Assembly: GCA_964016885.1 (NCBI GenBank)
Contig: OZ024740.1
Location: 147,436,001-147,500,000 of the forward strand
Direction of reading: 5' to 3'
Source: Eledone cirrhosa
Lineage: Eukaryota
DNA length: 64,000 nt
Below, one piece after another: positions 25,952 through 36,900 of the stretch (position 1 is the first letter of the stretch; each line of letters begins with the position of its first letter). The notes under the pieces are model-generated. The model was not told the origin of the DNA. It did not search any database and saw only the letters and a program-made list of their open reading frames with translations. Both the position numbers and the translations under genes were made by a program.

Positions 25952-26241
25952 TATAGAGAAAATTGAGGTTGGTAATGGCACATGGAATATATAAGAGACA
26001 GAATACTTTTTTGTGAAAAAACATAATTTTATAAGGTAAGGAAATAATAAAGGGTATAAAAAATGACCGGTTTCGATGGGTCTGCAAAAGCTTTTGCAAA
26101 AGCTTTTGCAGACCCATCGAAACCGGTCATTTTTTATACCCTTTATTATTTCCTTACCTTATAAAATTATGTTTTTTCACAAAAAAGTATTCTGTCTCTT
26201 ATATATTCCATGTGCCATTACCAACCTCAATTTTCTCTATA
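25952..26241. repeat. 290-bp palindrome carrying hammerhead 3' half (CGAAACCGGTC)
   Basis: Centre between 26096 and 26097 (GCTTTTG|CAAAAGC); identical ORF starts on both strands in the ORF track; flanked by (TA)n. Confidence 0.95.
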
Positions 26242-26269
26242 ACCTTCGTTTTGTGTAGAAAATTACACT

Positions 26270-26315
<46 letters not shown>

Positions 26316-26317
<2 letters not shown>

Positions 26318-27510
26318 GATAACAAGTTATCGCTATAGGTAATCCAGTTAGAGGTTGTGAGTACTGTGCGTCGTGGATAGTTTTAACGTACAGCTTTTTT
26401 GGACTCAACAAGATGCTTCCATAGTTATGCAGCGAGTTCGCGGTAATTTCTATTCAGGTTATACTTGGAGTAATAATAGTTAAAGAATAAAGATTAACAT
26501 GGTTGGCTGTACAATAAGGGCTTTATTTAAAGTACTGACAATTGTTTCGTTGATCAGGTGAGTCTAGAGTTCGCTAATCGCTTGATGTTGTGTTATTCGA
26601 TCTCCAATACATTATTCACCTATGGTCAACACATCAGAGTACGTAGATATGAAAATAATTCACTCGAGGCAAGACTTATATAGAGAAATAGCGTATAATT
26701 AAAACAATAACATCAATAATAAAATAGCGTATAATCTAAACAATGACATCAATAATAATACATGTATGGTAAATAGGTAGAGAAGTTACAGATGTAAAAA
26801 GTAAAAGTAGAATATAAGATAGGGTACATTAAAAAGTAAGAAAATGAGAGAATGGAAAATATAAAGAGATAAATAAATATATAAGTGAGAACGTGTAAGT
26901 AAATAGTAGTAGTTTTTGAGTAAGTTTTCTTATAAGGATTCGTTGATGGGAAACTAGATTCGAGATGTACATAGATATGCGTAGAGGGTCCGATAAAAGA
27001 GACAATAAATTAGAGATTAATTGCTGGATGTATGTATGATATTTATGGGCTTGGGATGACGAGACATTTGATAAACGCTTGTTCTAAATGTTTTGCTGAT
27101 TGTGCTATCTTAATGGGGTTGATGTTGTTTCAGGGAGAGAGGGTGGAAGAAATGTTCAGAGATTTATGATCCAGTGACCAGTTGACCGTTTGATAGCTAA
27201 TAGCAGTGCGATGGTGTATATTCTATATGTTAAAATCTAGGTGGTTCAGTACTAATTTTGGGATTGCTGGTTCAATTCATGGTGAATCTAGTAGCTATTT
27301 TATGTCTACAGTAGCTATTTTATGTCTACTATGTTTAGCTTGACTTGTCTTTTGGCTTAGGTGGTTAATGCCTTCTTGACCACTTTTTCAGTTTGTATGG
27401 TGTTTTAACATATGTTTAGCTCTGGTTTTTTAACTATAGAACGCTTGCCAGCATAACTCTGATTTTGCGTTTCGTTTAGCTTTTTCTACCCGCCGAAATG
27501 CGATTCTCGC

Positions 27511-27513
<3 letters not shown>
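26316..27513 (-). mobile_element. Degenerate Penelope-like element 3' part
   Basis: Lies between (TA)n tracts; carries a hammerhead at 26532-26642; only weak coding remnants. Confidence 0.5.
26532..26642 (-). ncRNA. Type I minimal hammerhead ribozyme (one core deviation)
   Basis: GUACU-CUGAUGU-stem II-GAAA-CAAUUG-UC-AGUAC; palindromic stem III; CUGAUGU instead of CUGANGA. Confidence 0.7.
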
Positions 27514-27588
<75 letters not shown>

Positions 27589-28128
27589 CTAGGTGAGGTA
27601 CCCGGTAATAACCAGGAGCGGGTGTATTCCCATTTCCCATTAAAATGCCTAATGCCTCTCAGACCAAAAATGAAATCAAAATATAGGACACATAATCAAA
27701 AGCGAAGACAAATTCATTTACGAAACAATAATACAAACAAATATTGTTGATTGCATTGGTCAGGCGAAAAAATGTTTGTCAGATAAGTTTAATGTTGCTA
27801 TAAAGAAAAATATGGAACCCCCATTAGGGTGTCTTAATATTATTGAAATTTGCTGAAATTTTATGAATAGGCATCATATCTTGTCATTTACCTATGTTTT
27901 AAATTTCATATAAATCGAAGGGAAAAAAATTTCAGCGGGGGTTTTCACCAGGGGTTTTGTGCCCCCGGGGAACCCTTTGATTAAAATGAAATATACGTAA
28001 GAAATCAAATGGGCATGAGCCCCACACACGTGTCAAGTTTCATAAGATCGGTTTGGTAGTTTTTGAGTTTTAGGTTCACAAACAAACAAACACACAAACA
28101 GACAGAAATTGCTATTTATGTATATAGA
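27589..28128 (-). mobile_element. Non-autonomous Helitron
   Basis: Minus strand: A^TCTATATAC... start, (TTTG)n near the 5' end, CCTGGT-TATT-ACCGGG hairpin, then CTAG^T into (TA)n. Confidence 0.8.
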
Positions 28129-28356
28129 TTAAATATATAGATTTCTTTATTTACCATAAAGGCATAAAAAGAAGGGACAAATACAAAGGGGGAGTTTACA
28201 TATAATCGAGTAAAAAGGGTGTAACATGAAAATAATCGAAAATAACCTCAAAAGGGAGGGGACGTGATGGGGGTTGCACACACCCCCGAAAAAGTGTGCA
28301 ATCCTTTGCCCGGGGAGCACATGGAGAAGGTGCTCCCCTCTCCTTTACTTCTTTAC

Positions 28357-31300
28357 CTACAGGATGGTATACAGAGAAGGCCCATTTACACGAGCCATTC
28401 TCGCCACTATCACCCACCTTTCATAAAACTGCCTGTGGCCAAGCACCTCTCTCTCCATTCTTATCCTTCTTCCGAAGTGATATCGGAAGAAGTAGACCAG
28501 ACTATGGCCAGAGAGGAAGTTGCCTGACCTCAGACCTTTCAATCGTGTCCACCAAACAACCTCTTTCAACATGGCTATTACGCACAGAAAAACCGCCTTT
28601 GCTTCCTTTGTGAAGAGGGGAGGCGGTTTGATTGTCATCACGGACTCGGCTGTCAATTTAATCGGCGCCACCCGCGACAGCAGTTGTTCGGCGTAGCCCC
28701 ACAGATCAGCCACGCCCGGACATTGCACCAATGCGTGCGCCACGGTTTCTTCGTGACGCACGCATCTAGGGCAAATCTTTTTTGAGGGATCCTTGTCCGG
28801 GCGCCCGTGTCTGTAGAGCCTCTCTCGAACGGGTAGAGCCCCTCGGTAGCACTGCCAGGCCAGTGACTTCTGGAAGTTGTCCATTGGTCCTGGGCCGAAA
28901 GTCCTACCGAACAGGCTGGCCAGTTCGTCTTCTTCCATGTCCAGCGACTCTCCAAGGGTGTCATCGCCCCTGCTAGCCACCAGCCCTCTATAGAATGATG
29001 AGGTGGATTCTCCACCGATGGCCCGGCCCGCTTGCCAGAGAGCCCTGAGCGCCTGAGCACACTCAGTGTGCCAGTCTCCCAGTTTTCCGGATCTTTGCTT
29101 GACCCAGGACTGTAGCTCGGTGAGTGAGACGAGTCTCGGAAAGGCTCGTTTCACGAACGGAGCCCACACCGGTTGACCAGTGAGGAATACCTGTAGGTGC
29201 CGTAGCCTTAATGCGTGCCTACGCATCATCAACCACGGCATCCCCAGCCCTCCTTTCGAAGGTTGTTGGCAGCAGATGGATCTTCTCACCATAGGAGGAC
29301 GCTTCTTCCAAAGAAATTGGAAGAGCATGCGTTCCATGGTGGTGAGTGTTTCCTTAGGGCAAGGCACGACAGTCAGGCGGTAGTAAGTGACGGACGCTAT
29401 GTAAATGTTCGCCACCTCCGCCCGGCCTTTTAGGGACAGCTTACACTTGGCCCATTTCTGGGTTAGTGCAAACACCTTGTTCGTAACCTCGTTCCAGTTC
29501 TTTTCCACCTGGAGGTCCGGTCCAAACCAGACCCCAAGCAACTTTACCGGGCCCTCCGTCCAGTGTCCGACGACACCATCGGGAGGCATCGGTCTGCCTC
29601 TCCACGTTCCGAGTTGCAGCCCGATGGATTTTTCCCGGTTCAGTTTCGCTCCTGACAACCTTTCGTACTCCTCCAGTAAGGTACCGATCGCCTCGATCTC
29701 CGAGTCGGTTGATACCATTACTGTTACGTCATCGGCGTAGGCCGACACCGCTTTGCTCAATCCTGGTTCCAGGGGGATACCCTGCAACAACTCCAACTTC
29801 CTCAGTAAAGGCTCGAGAGTCAATACGTACAGAAGGGAGGAGAGAGGGCACCCCTGTCGAATGGATCGTGTGATTTCGAACGGCTTCGAAAGGTAGCCGT
29901 TCACCTTGATCCTAGAACAGATGTGGTTGCTATGTAGGGCAGTGATCCAGCCTCTGAAAACAGGACCGAACCCAGCCGCCGCTAGCACCGCATCCAGGTA
30001 ACCATGGTCGACCCTATCGAAGGCCTTAGACTGATCCAAGTTGATCAGGGCCCCACCGAAGCCGGGTTTGTTGCCAACCCTCTCTATGATGTATCGCATG
30101 AGGTGGAGGTTATCGTGAATGGACCTGGATGGGATAGCACATGTCTGCGCATCTCCCACCAGGCCACCCACGACAAGCGCCAACCTCTTTGCTAACACCT
30201 TGGCCAAAATCTTTAACTCTGTGTTTAGCAGGGTTATGGGCCGAAAATTATTTATACTATCCCCCTTGTTCTCGTCCTTCCTCACCAGCGTGACTACGCC
30301 CTTGGCTACAGAACAAGGAATTCTCCCGTTCTGCTGCCAATTGCAGTAGACCGCTTCGAGGAGTTCGGAGAAGAAGACCGGCATTGCTAAATAAAGTTCG
30401 TAAGGTATACCATCGAGACCTGGAGATTTGCGTCTGCTGCATTGGCTCAGCGCATCTCCGATCTCATCAGCCGAGATTGGTCCCTCGCAGGACTCCGCCT
30501 CTTTGTTCGAGAGACGCGGCAGGCCGTCGAGGTATGGACCGAAATCCACGCCCCGGCCCGGACCCTCGCCTCCCCCGAACAATCGGGCAAAGTGCTTTTG
30601 AAAGGCCTCGCACATCTGCTTAGGCTCCCGGATCACTCGTCCATCTTCGTCTTGCAACGACCGGATGGTGGATCGATTTCCACTTTTAGCTTCTGTCACG
30701 CGGGCCCATCCAACGGCTTTGGCCCCCTCATTACCTAGAGCACGTATTTTACTTCGAATGACGCAGCCTTCATGCTTTGCATCGAAAAACTGGTTCAAGG
30801 CCGTCCTCGATGCCAGCACTCGGGCCACATCTTCGCTCTTGATTGCCTCTTCTAATTTACCTGTTAATTCTTTCTCGTTTCTATTCCTATTGGCAGCTAA
30901 CATCTTGCTATAACTTATTGATTCTGTTCTAATCTCTCTTTTGAGAGATGCCCACCATCGGTTGTTGACGATTGCACCCGTCAACCTCTCCTTAACTAAT
31001 CTGCTAATCCGGTTTCTGTAAGTCTCTTTTGCCGGTAAAGACAAATTAAGTTTCCAGTAACCGGGACCCTGTCTATGTGTTTTCTCGAGATTGACCACGC
31101 AGGTCACTAATTTGTGATCCGTGTAGCCAACCGTGCGCATTTCTGGACAGCTTAATATGTCCCTATCCTTACTTCTAACTAAGAATCTATCTAAGTACGA
31201 TCTAGATTGACCACTGTGGTTTCTCCAAGTCCAGGTAGGCACAGTTGGAAAATCTAGTCGATATCTATCGACCAAGTTAAAACGGTCGAGTAACCCCTTG

Positions 31301-31794
31301 AGGCTGTTACACCCCCCTCTATTAGGACATGCTCCTGCATAGTCCCAACGTGCATCTAGGATGTCATTCCAATCCCCCGCTAGAAGCAGGGAACGCGACG
31401 TTCCCAGAAAAGTCTCCAAACGCTGGAAGAAGTCGGGCCGTTCAGCTCCGAAAGGGGAGTAGACGGCGACCAGTCTCAAGGCCGCACTTTCACTACTGCC
31501 AACGTCTAGCACCAACAAACGACCCTCCGGGTCCGAGTGCACAACCTGTACGGCAAGACCCAGGTGTTTTTGCAGCAGCACGACAACCCCACCCCCACCT
31601 CCAGGTTGACAGAGAGATGCATGCACCTCAAAGTCATCGAAGGTGGGGGCCAGCTGCCGCATGACGCTGATTCGAGTCTCACAGATAACCATTACATTTA
31701 TACTACATGACCTGAGGTCATTTAGAAGCTTTGCTTGCTTCCAAGTTGAGCCCAGGCCACGTGCATTCAAACATCCTACTCTTAACACATCCAT
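28357..31794 (-). CDS. L1/Tx1 ORF2 (APE endonuclease + RT + zf-RVT)
   Basis: 1145 aa; LNARGL, GDWN, YLDRF, TDHK; KSPGLDG, FRPITLLN, KAFDRV, QGCPLS, YADD; CPRC..ETVAHALVQC. Confidence 0.96.
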   Translation of the reverse strand: MDVLRVGCLNARGLGSTWKQAKLLNDLRSCSINVMVICETRISVMRQLAPTFDDFEVHASLCQPGGGGGVVVLLQKHLGLAVQVVHSDPEGRLLVLDVGSSESAALRLVAVYSPFGAERPDFFQRLETFLGTSRSLLLAGDWNDILDARWDYAGACPNRGGCNSLKGLLDRFNLVDRYRLDFPTVPTWTWRNHSGQSRSYLDRFLVRSKDRDILSCPEMRTVGYTDHKLVTCVVNLEKTHRQGPGYWKLNLSLPAKETYRNRISRLVKERLTGAIVNNRWWASLKREIRTESISYSKMLAANRNRNEKELTGKLEEAIKSEDVARVLASRTALNQFFDAKHEGCVIRSKIRALGNEGAKAVGWARVTEAKSGNRSTIRSLQDEDGRVIREPKQMCEAFQKHFARLFGGGEGPGRGVDFGPYLDGLPRLSNKEAESCEGPISADEIGDALSQCSRRKSPGLDGIPYELYLAMPVFFSELLEAVYCNWQQNGRIPCSVAKGVVTLVRKDENKGDSINNFRPITLLNTELKILAKVLAKRLALVVGGLVGDAQTCAIPSRSIHDNLHLMRYIIERVGNKPGFGGALINLDQSKAFDRVDHGYLDAVLAAAGFGPVFRGWITALHSNHICSRIKVNGYLSKPFEITRSIRQGCPLSSLLYVLTLEPLLRKLELLQGIPLEPGLSKAVSAYADDVTVMVSTDSEIEAIGTLLEEYERLSGAKLNREKSIGLQLGTWRGRPMPPDGVVGHWTEGPVKLLGVWFGPDLQVEKNWNEVTNKVFALTQKWAKCKLSLKGRAEVANIYIASVTYYRLTVVPCPKETLTTMERMLFQFLWKKRPPMVRRSICCQQPSKGGLGMPWLMMRRHALRLRHLQVFLTGQPVWAPFVKRAFPRLVSLTELQSWVKQRSGKLGDWHTECAQALRALWQAGRAIGGESTSSFYRGLVASRGDDTLGESLDMEEDELASLFGRTFGPGPMDNFQKSLAWQCYRGALPVRERLYRHGRPDKDPSKKICPRCVRHEETVAHALVQCPGVADLWGYAEQLLSRVAPIKLTAESVMTIKPPPLFTKEAKAVFLCVIAMLKEVVWWTRLKGLRSGNFLSGHSLVYFFRYHFGRRIRMEREVLGHRQFYERWVIVARMARVNGPSLYTIL

Positions 31795-31827
31795 GTGGGC
31801 GGCAGAGCCAAAGGAGAGTGTAGAGAC

Positions 31828-33705
31828 CTACCTTTCCGCTTCCCGGGGTTCGGGTTGCACGACTTCCATGGGGTCGGGGGTGTTGGGTGAAGGGGTGTCT
31901 TGTGGTGGTGTGGGGTCGTCGGTGTGTGGTGGGGTTGGGGTGTTTGGAGTTGTGTTGGGGAGGGGAAGGGGAGGGGGAAAGCTTTTTAGTAGGACGCGGT
32001 TTATGGGTTTGACAGAGGGTGGTCCTACGTCCTCCTTAAAATCCTTTTTTAGTTTTTGGTAGAGGTTCATTGGGATTTTTATTAGTTTTAAATGTGGGTG
32101 GTTTTCTGATGAAACAAAGTTTACACCTTCGGTTTGTACCGAAGGATTATTGTATATGAGTTCATTTAATTTATTATTGTTTCTGTTGATGTAAGTATAG
32201 TGTAATGTCTTTTTTTCCGATGGTGTGAGTGTTTCGAAGAGGGGAGGGGCAGGTTTGGTTTTGTTTGTTGCTGGAGGGGTGTTTTCTGTTTTGTTAGATT
32301 GTGTTGCGATTTGGGTGGGGGTTGTTTGTCCTTGTGTGTTTTGCACATGTTTTCTTTTTTTCCTTTTAATCTGTCTGAAGGACTCCGTTTCTTCCTCCGA
32401 ATTCGTTGGGTTATCTTCAGTGTTGGAGGGAAGAGGTATGTTTGCTGGTAATGTTTCCGTGTTGGTTTTCTTTGTGGGGGAGATGGATGTCACTATGTTA
32501 GACTGTGTTGTGTGTTGTGTCTGCGGTGGTTGTGTTGTTTTATTGAGTGAGAGGTTGGGTGGGCCTGTATTTTGTTTTGGGGTAATGTGTTGTGACTGTT
32601 TGTGTTGTGGTGGTGTTGTGGTGTTACTGAGGGACGGGTTGGGTGGGACTGAGTTTTGTTGTTTGTTTATCTGTTGTGGTGGTGGTGGTGGAGCTGGTGT
32701 TGGTAGCAGGGTTTTCTTTTTGTTGAGTTGGGGACAAGCGGCCTTCAGGTGCCCTCTGCCTGCACAGATATGGCAGGACGGCCTTCTCCCCTCCACGCTA
32801 ATGTTTATATACCCGTGGTCCTCTAATAGGATTCTGTCGGGTATTTGGGCGATGCGTTCAGGCTTCATTTGTACTACCAGCTCTATACCTGTTCCACTGA
32901 ACGCATTGCCTGTGGTTTTCCCAATGGAAATCACGTTGTCATTCACTGGATCGATGAAGCCAGCTATGAGCCAGCAGTAGTCCACATCTGGCATCATTGC
33001 ATCCAGCCATATGCGTTGAGTTTTTTTTCCCATATAAGATGGATAAAAGGTGAAATTTTTCGAACGAATCGGTGACAAAGCACATTTTTTTGCCGCCGAT
33101 TCGTTCTTCATGATAATTGCTAGGCTTCCATACAGTCTGTCTTTTCTTATGAAAGTTGTTTCATTCAGTACTTCTGCGAGTACTGTTTTGATATCTGCTT
33201 GAGAAGGCTGTTCAGGTTTTTTTGTACTGTTGTTGATGGTCCGAAACTTGACCGTTCGGCTTTCAATGTCTTTCGTGAATTCTTGAGGCATTTTTACCAA
33301 TAAAATACCATTCTCACCTTCACTTATGTATTGTTTTGCGTCCGTGATCCTTCGTACCACATCTGAAATGTTTTCCGCTATATAAGTCAAAGATTTCTTT
33401 GTTTTCTGTGCAAATGAAATCTTGTCGTCTGCTTTGTTTTCTGATATTATGTTATTTTCAACTGTTATTTTTTTGTTTGTTGTGTCTTTGTTTGTGTTAT
33501 TAGTATTGTCATGCAATTTTTCAAATTTTTTTTCTTCGTTGTTTTCGACATTTAATTTTTTCTCCGCAGATTCGTCCGTTTTTATTTTCATTTTTCCTTC
33601 CTTCTCTATGACGTTAGTTGGGAAGGAAGGGAGGACTAAAGCGTGCGAGCTTACAACTCTTACCGCTGTCCCCCCACCACTATTTTCGTTCGCTGCGTTT
33701 AACAT
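31828..33705 (-). CDS. L1/Tx1 ORF1 (gag-like, CCHC knuckle)
   Basis: 625 aa; CHICAGRGHLKAAC knuckle; Pro/Thr/Gln-rich C-terminus; ends 33 bp before ORF2. Confidence 0.9.
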   Translation of the reverse strand: MLNAANENSGGGTAVRVVSSHALVLPSFPTNVIEKEGKMKIKTDESAEKKLNVENNEEKKFEKLHDNTNNTNKDTTNKKITVENNIISENKADDKISFAQKTKKSLTYIAENISDVVRRITDAKQYISEGENGILLVKMPQEFTKDIESRTVKFRTINNSTKKPEQPSQADIKTVLAEVLNETTFIRKDRLYGSLAIIMKNESAAKKCALSPIRSKNFTFYPSYMGKKTQRIWLDAMMPDVDYCWLIAGFIDPVNDNVISIGKTTGNAFSGTGIELVVQMKPERIAQIPDRILLEDHGYINISVEGRRPSCHICAGRGHLKAACPQLNKKKTLLPTPAPPPPPQQINKQQNSVPPNPSLSNTTTPPQHKQSQHITPKQNTGPPNLSLNKTTQPPQTQHTTQSNIVTSISPTKKTNTETLPANIPLPSNTEDNPTNSEEETESFRQIKRKKRKHVQNTQGQTTPTQIATQSNKTENTPPATNKTKPAPPLFETLTPSEKKTLHYTYINRNNNKLNELIYNNPSVQTEGVNFVSSENHPHLKLIKIPMNLYQKLKKDFKEDVGPPSVKPINRVLLKSFPPPLPLPNTTPNTPTPPHTDDPTPPQDTPSPNTPDPMEVVQPEPREAER

Positions 33706-33973
33706 TTCTGTTAGACGATTGAAATTTTTTACACAAAATTTTTTTTAAAACAGGTTTTTCACCTCTAGGAGGGGTAAAGATGAGCTGACCCACCGCCTGA
33801 CAGTTCAGACGGAGGGTCAAGCTACACAATTGTATCAAAATTAAGTTTGAACTCACAAAATTTCCTCAATAAATTTGAACAAAACTTCTGTGCGAAGTGA
33901 ATGACATCCACACTGTAGAACAGACGACAGCTAGATTAATATATAGATTAAATATATAGATAGATAGATATAT

Positions 33974-36900
33974 TTCTTTATTTACCATAAAGGCATAAAA
34001 AGAAGGGACAAATACAAAGGGGGAGTTTACATAAAACCGAGTAAAAAGTGTATAAAATGAAAATAATCGAAAACAACCTCAAAAGGGAGGAGACGTGATG
34101 GGGGTTGCACACCCTACCGAAAAAGTGTGCAATCCTTTGCCCGGGGAGCACATGGAGAAGGTGCTCCCCTCTCCTTCACTTCTTTACCTACAGGATGGTA
34201 TACAGAGAAGGCCCATTTACACGAGCCATTCTCGCCACTATCACCCACCTTTCATAAAACTGCCTGTGGCCAAGCACCTCTCTCTCCATTCTTATCCTTC
34301 TTCCGAAGTGATATCGGAAGAAGTAGACCAGACTATGGCCAGAGAGGAAGTTGCCTGACCTCAGACCTTTCAATCGTGTCCACCAAACAACCTCTTTCAA
34401 CATGGCTATTACGCACAGAAAAACCGCCTTTGCTTCCTTTGTGAAGAGGGGAGGCGGCTTGATTGTCATCACGGACTCGGCGGTCAATCGAATCGGCGCC
34501 ACCCGCGACAGCAGTCGTTCGGCGTAGCCTCACAGATCAGCCACGCCCGGACATTGCACCAATGCGTGCGCAACGGTTTCTTCGTGACGCACGCATCTAG
34601 GGCAAATCTTTTTCGAGGAATCCCTGCCCGGGCGCACGTGTCTGTAGAGCCTCTCTCGAACGGGTAGACCCCCTCGGTAGAACTGCCAGTCTAGTGACTT
34701 CTGGACGTTGTCCATTGGTCCCGGGCCGAAAGTCCTACCGAACAGGCTGGCCAGTTCGTCCTCCTCCATGTCAAGCGACTCTCCAAGGGTATCATCGCCC
34801 CTGCTAGCCACCAGCCCTCTATAGAATGATGAGGTGGATTCTCCACCGATGGCCGGGCCCGCTTGCCAGAGAGCCCTGAGCGCCTGGGCACACTCAGTGT
34901 GGCAGTCTCCCAGTTTTCCGGATCTTTGCTTGACCCAGGACTGCAGCTCGGTGAGCGAGACGAGTCTCGGAAAGGCTCGTTTCACGAACGGAACCCACAC
35001 CGGTTGACCAGTGAGGAATACCTGTAGGTGCCGTAGCCTTAATGCGTGCCTACGCATCATCAACCACGGCATCTCCAGCCCTCCTTTCGAAGGTTGTTGG
35101 CAGCAGATGGATCTTCTCACCATAGGAGGGCGCTTCTTCCAAAGAAATTGGAAGAGCATGCGTTCCATGGTGGTGAGTGTTTCCTTAGGGCAAGGCACGA
35201 CAGTCAGGCGGTAGTAAGTGACGGACGCTATGTAAATGTTTGCCACCTCCGCCCGACCTTTTAGGGACAGCTTACACTTGGCCCATTTCTGGGTTAGTGC
35301 AAACACCTTGTTCGTAACCTCGTCCCAGTTCTTTTCCACCTGGAGGTCCGGTCCAAACCAGACCCCAAGCAACTTCACTGGGCCCTCCGTCCAGTGTCCG
35401 ACGAAACCGTCGGGAGGCATCGGTCTGCCTCTCCACGTTCCGAGTTGCAGCCCGATGGATTTTTCCCGGTTCAGTTTCGCTCCTGACAACCTTTCGTAAT
35501 CCTCCAGTAAGGTACCGATCGCCTCGATCTCCGAGTCGGTCGATACCATTACTGTTACGTCATCGGCGTAGGCCGACACCGCTTTGCTCAATCCTGGTTC
35601 CAGGAGGATACCCTGCAACAACTCCAACTTCCTCAGTAAAGGCTCGAGAGTCAATACGTACAGAAGGGAGGAGAGAGGGCACCCCTGTCGAATGGATCGT
35701 GTGATTTCGAACGGCTTCGAAAGGTAGCCGTTCACCTTGATCCTAGAACATATGTGGTTGCTATGTAAGGCAGTGATCCAGCCCCTAAACAGGACCAAAC
35801 CCAGCCGCCGCTAGCACCGCATCCAGGTAACCATGGTCGACCCTATCGAATGCCTTAGACTGATCCAAGTTGATCAGGGCCCCACCGAAGCCGGGTTTGT
35901 TGCCAACCCTCTCTATGATGTATCGCATGAGGTGGAGGTTATCGTGAATGGACCTGGATGGGATAGCACATGTCTGCGCATCTCCCACCAGGCCACCCAC
36001 GACAAGCGCCAACCTCTTTGCTAACACCTTGGCCAAAATCTTTAACTCTGTGTTTAGCAGGGTTATGGGCCGAAAATTATTTATACTATCCCCCTTGTTC
36101 TCGTCCTTCCTCACCAGCGAGACTACGCCCTTGGCTACAGAACAAGGAATTCTCCCGTTCTGCTGCCAATTGCAGTAGACCGCTTCGAGGAGTTCGGAGA
36201 AGAAGACCGGCATTGCTAAATAAAGTTCGTAAGGTATACCATCGAGACCTGGAGATTTGCATCTGCTGCATTGGCTCAGCGCATCCCCGATCTCATCAGC
36301 CGAGATTGGTCCCTCGCAGGACTCTGCCTCTTCGCTCGAGAGACGCGGCAGGCCGTCGAGGTATGGACCGAAATCCACGTCCCCGCCCGGACCCTCGCCT
36401 CCCCAGTAACCGGGACCCTGTTTATGTGTTTTCTCAAGATTGACTACGCAGGTCACTAATTTGTGATCCGTATAGCCAACCGTGAGCATTTCTGGACAGC
36501 TTAATATGTCCCTATCCTTACTTCTAACTAAGAATCTATCTAAGTACGATCTAGATTGACCACTATGGTTCGTCCAAGTCCAGGTTGGCACAGTTGGAAA
36601 ATCTAGTCGATATCTATCGACCAAGTTAAAACGGTCGAGTAACCCCTTGAGGCTGTTACACCCCCCTCTATTAGGACATGCTCCTGCATAGTCCCAACGT
36701 GCATCTAGGATGTCATTCCAATCCCCCGCTAGAAGCAGGGAACGCGACGTTCCCAGAAAAGTCTCCAGACGCTGGAAGAAGTCGGGTCGTTCAGCTCCGA
36801 AAGGGGAGTAGACGGCGACCAGTCTCAAGGCCGCACCTTCACTACTGTCAACGTCTAGCACCAACAAGCGACTCTCCGGGTCAGAGTGAACAACCTGTAC

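Larger units (their letters stand above)
28143..33939 (-). mobile_element. Full-length L1/Tx1-type non-LTR retrotransposon, copy 1 (intact)
   Basis: Two ORFs; AATAAA at the 3' end; identical 22-bp TSD TATATAGATTAAATATATAGAT at 28121-28142 and 33940-33961. Confidence 0.93.
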
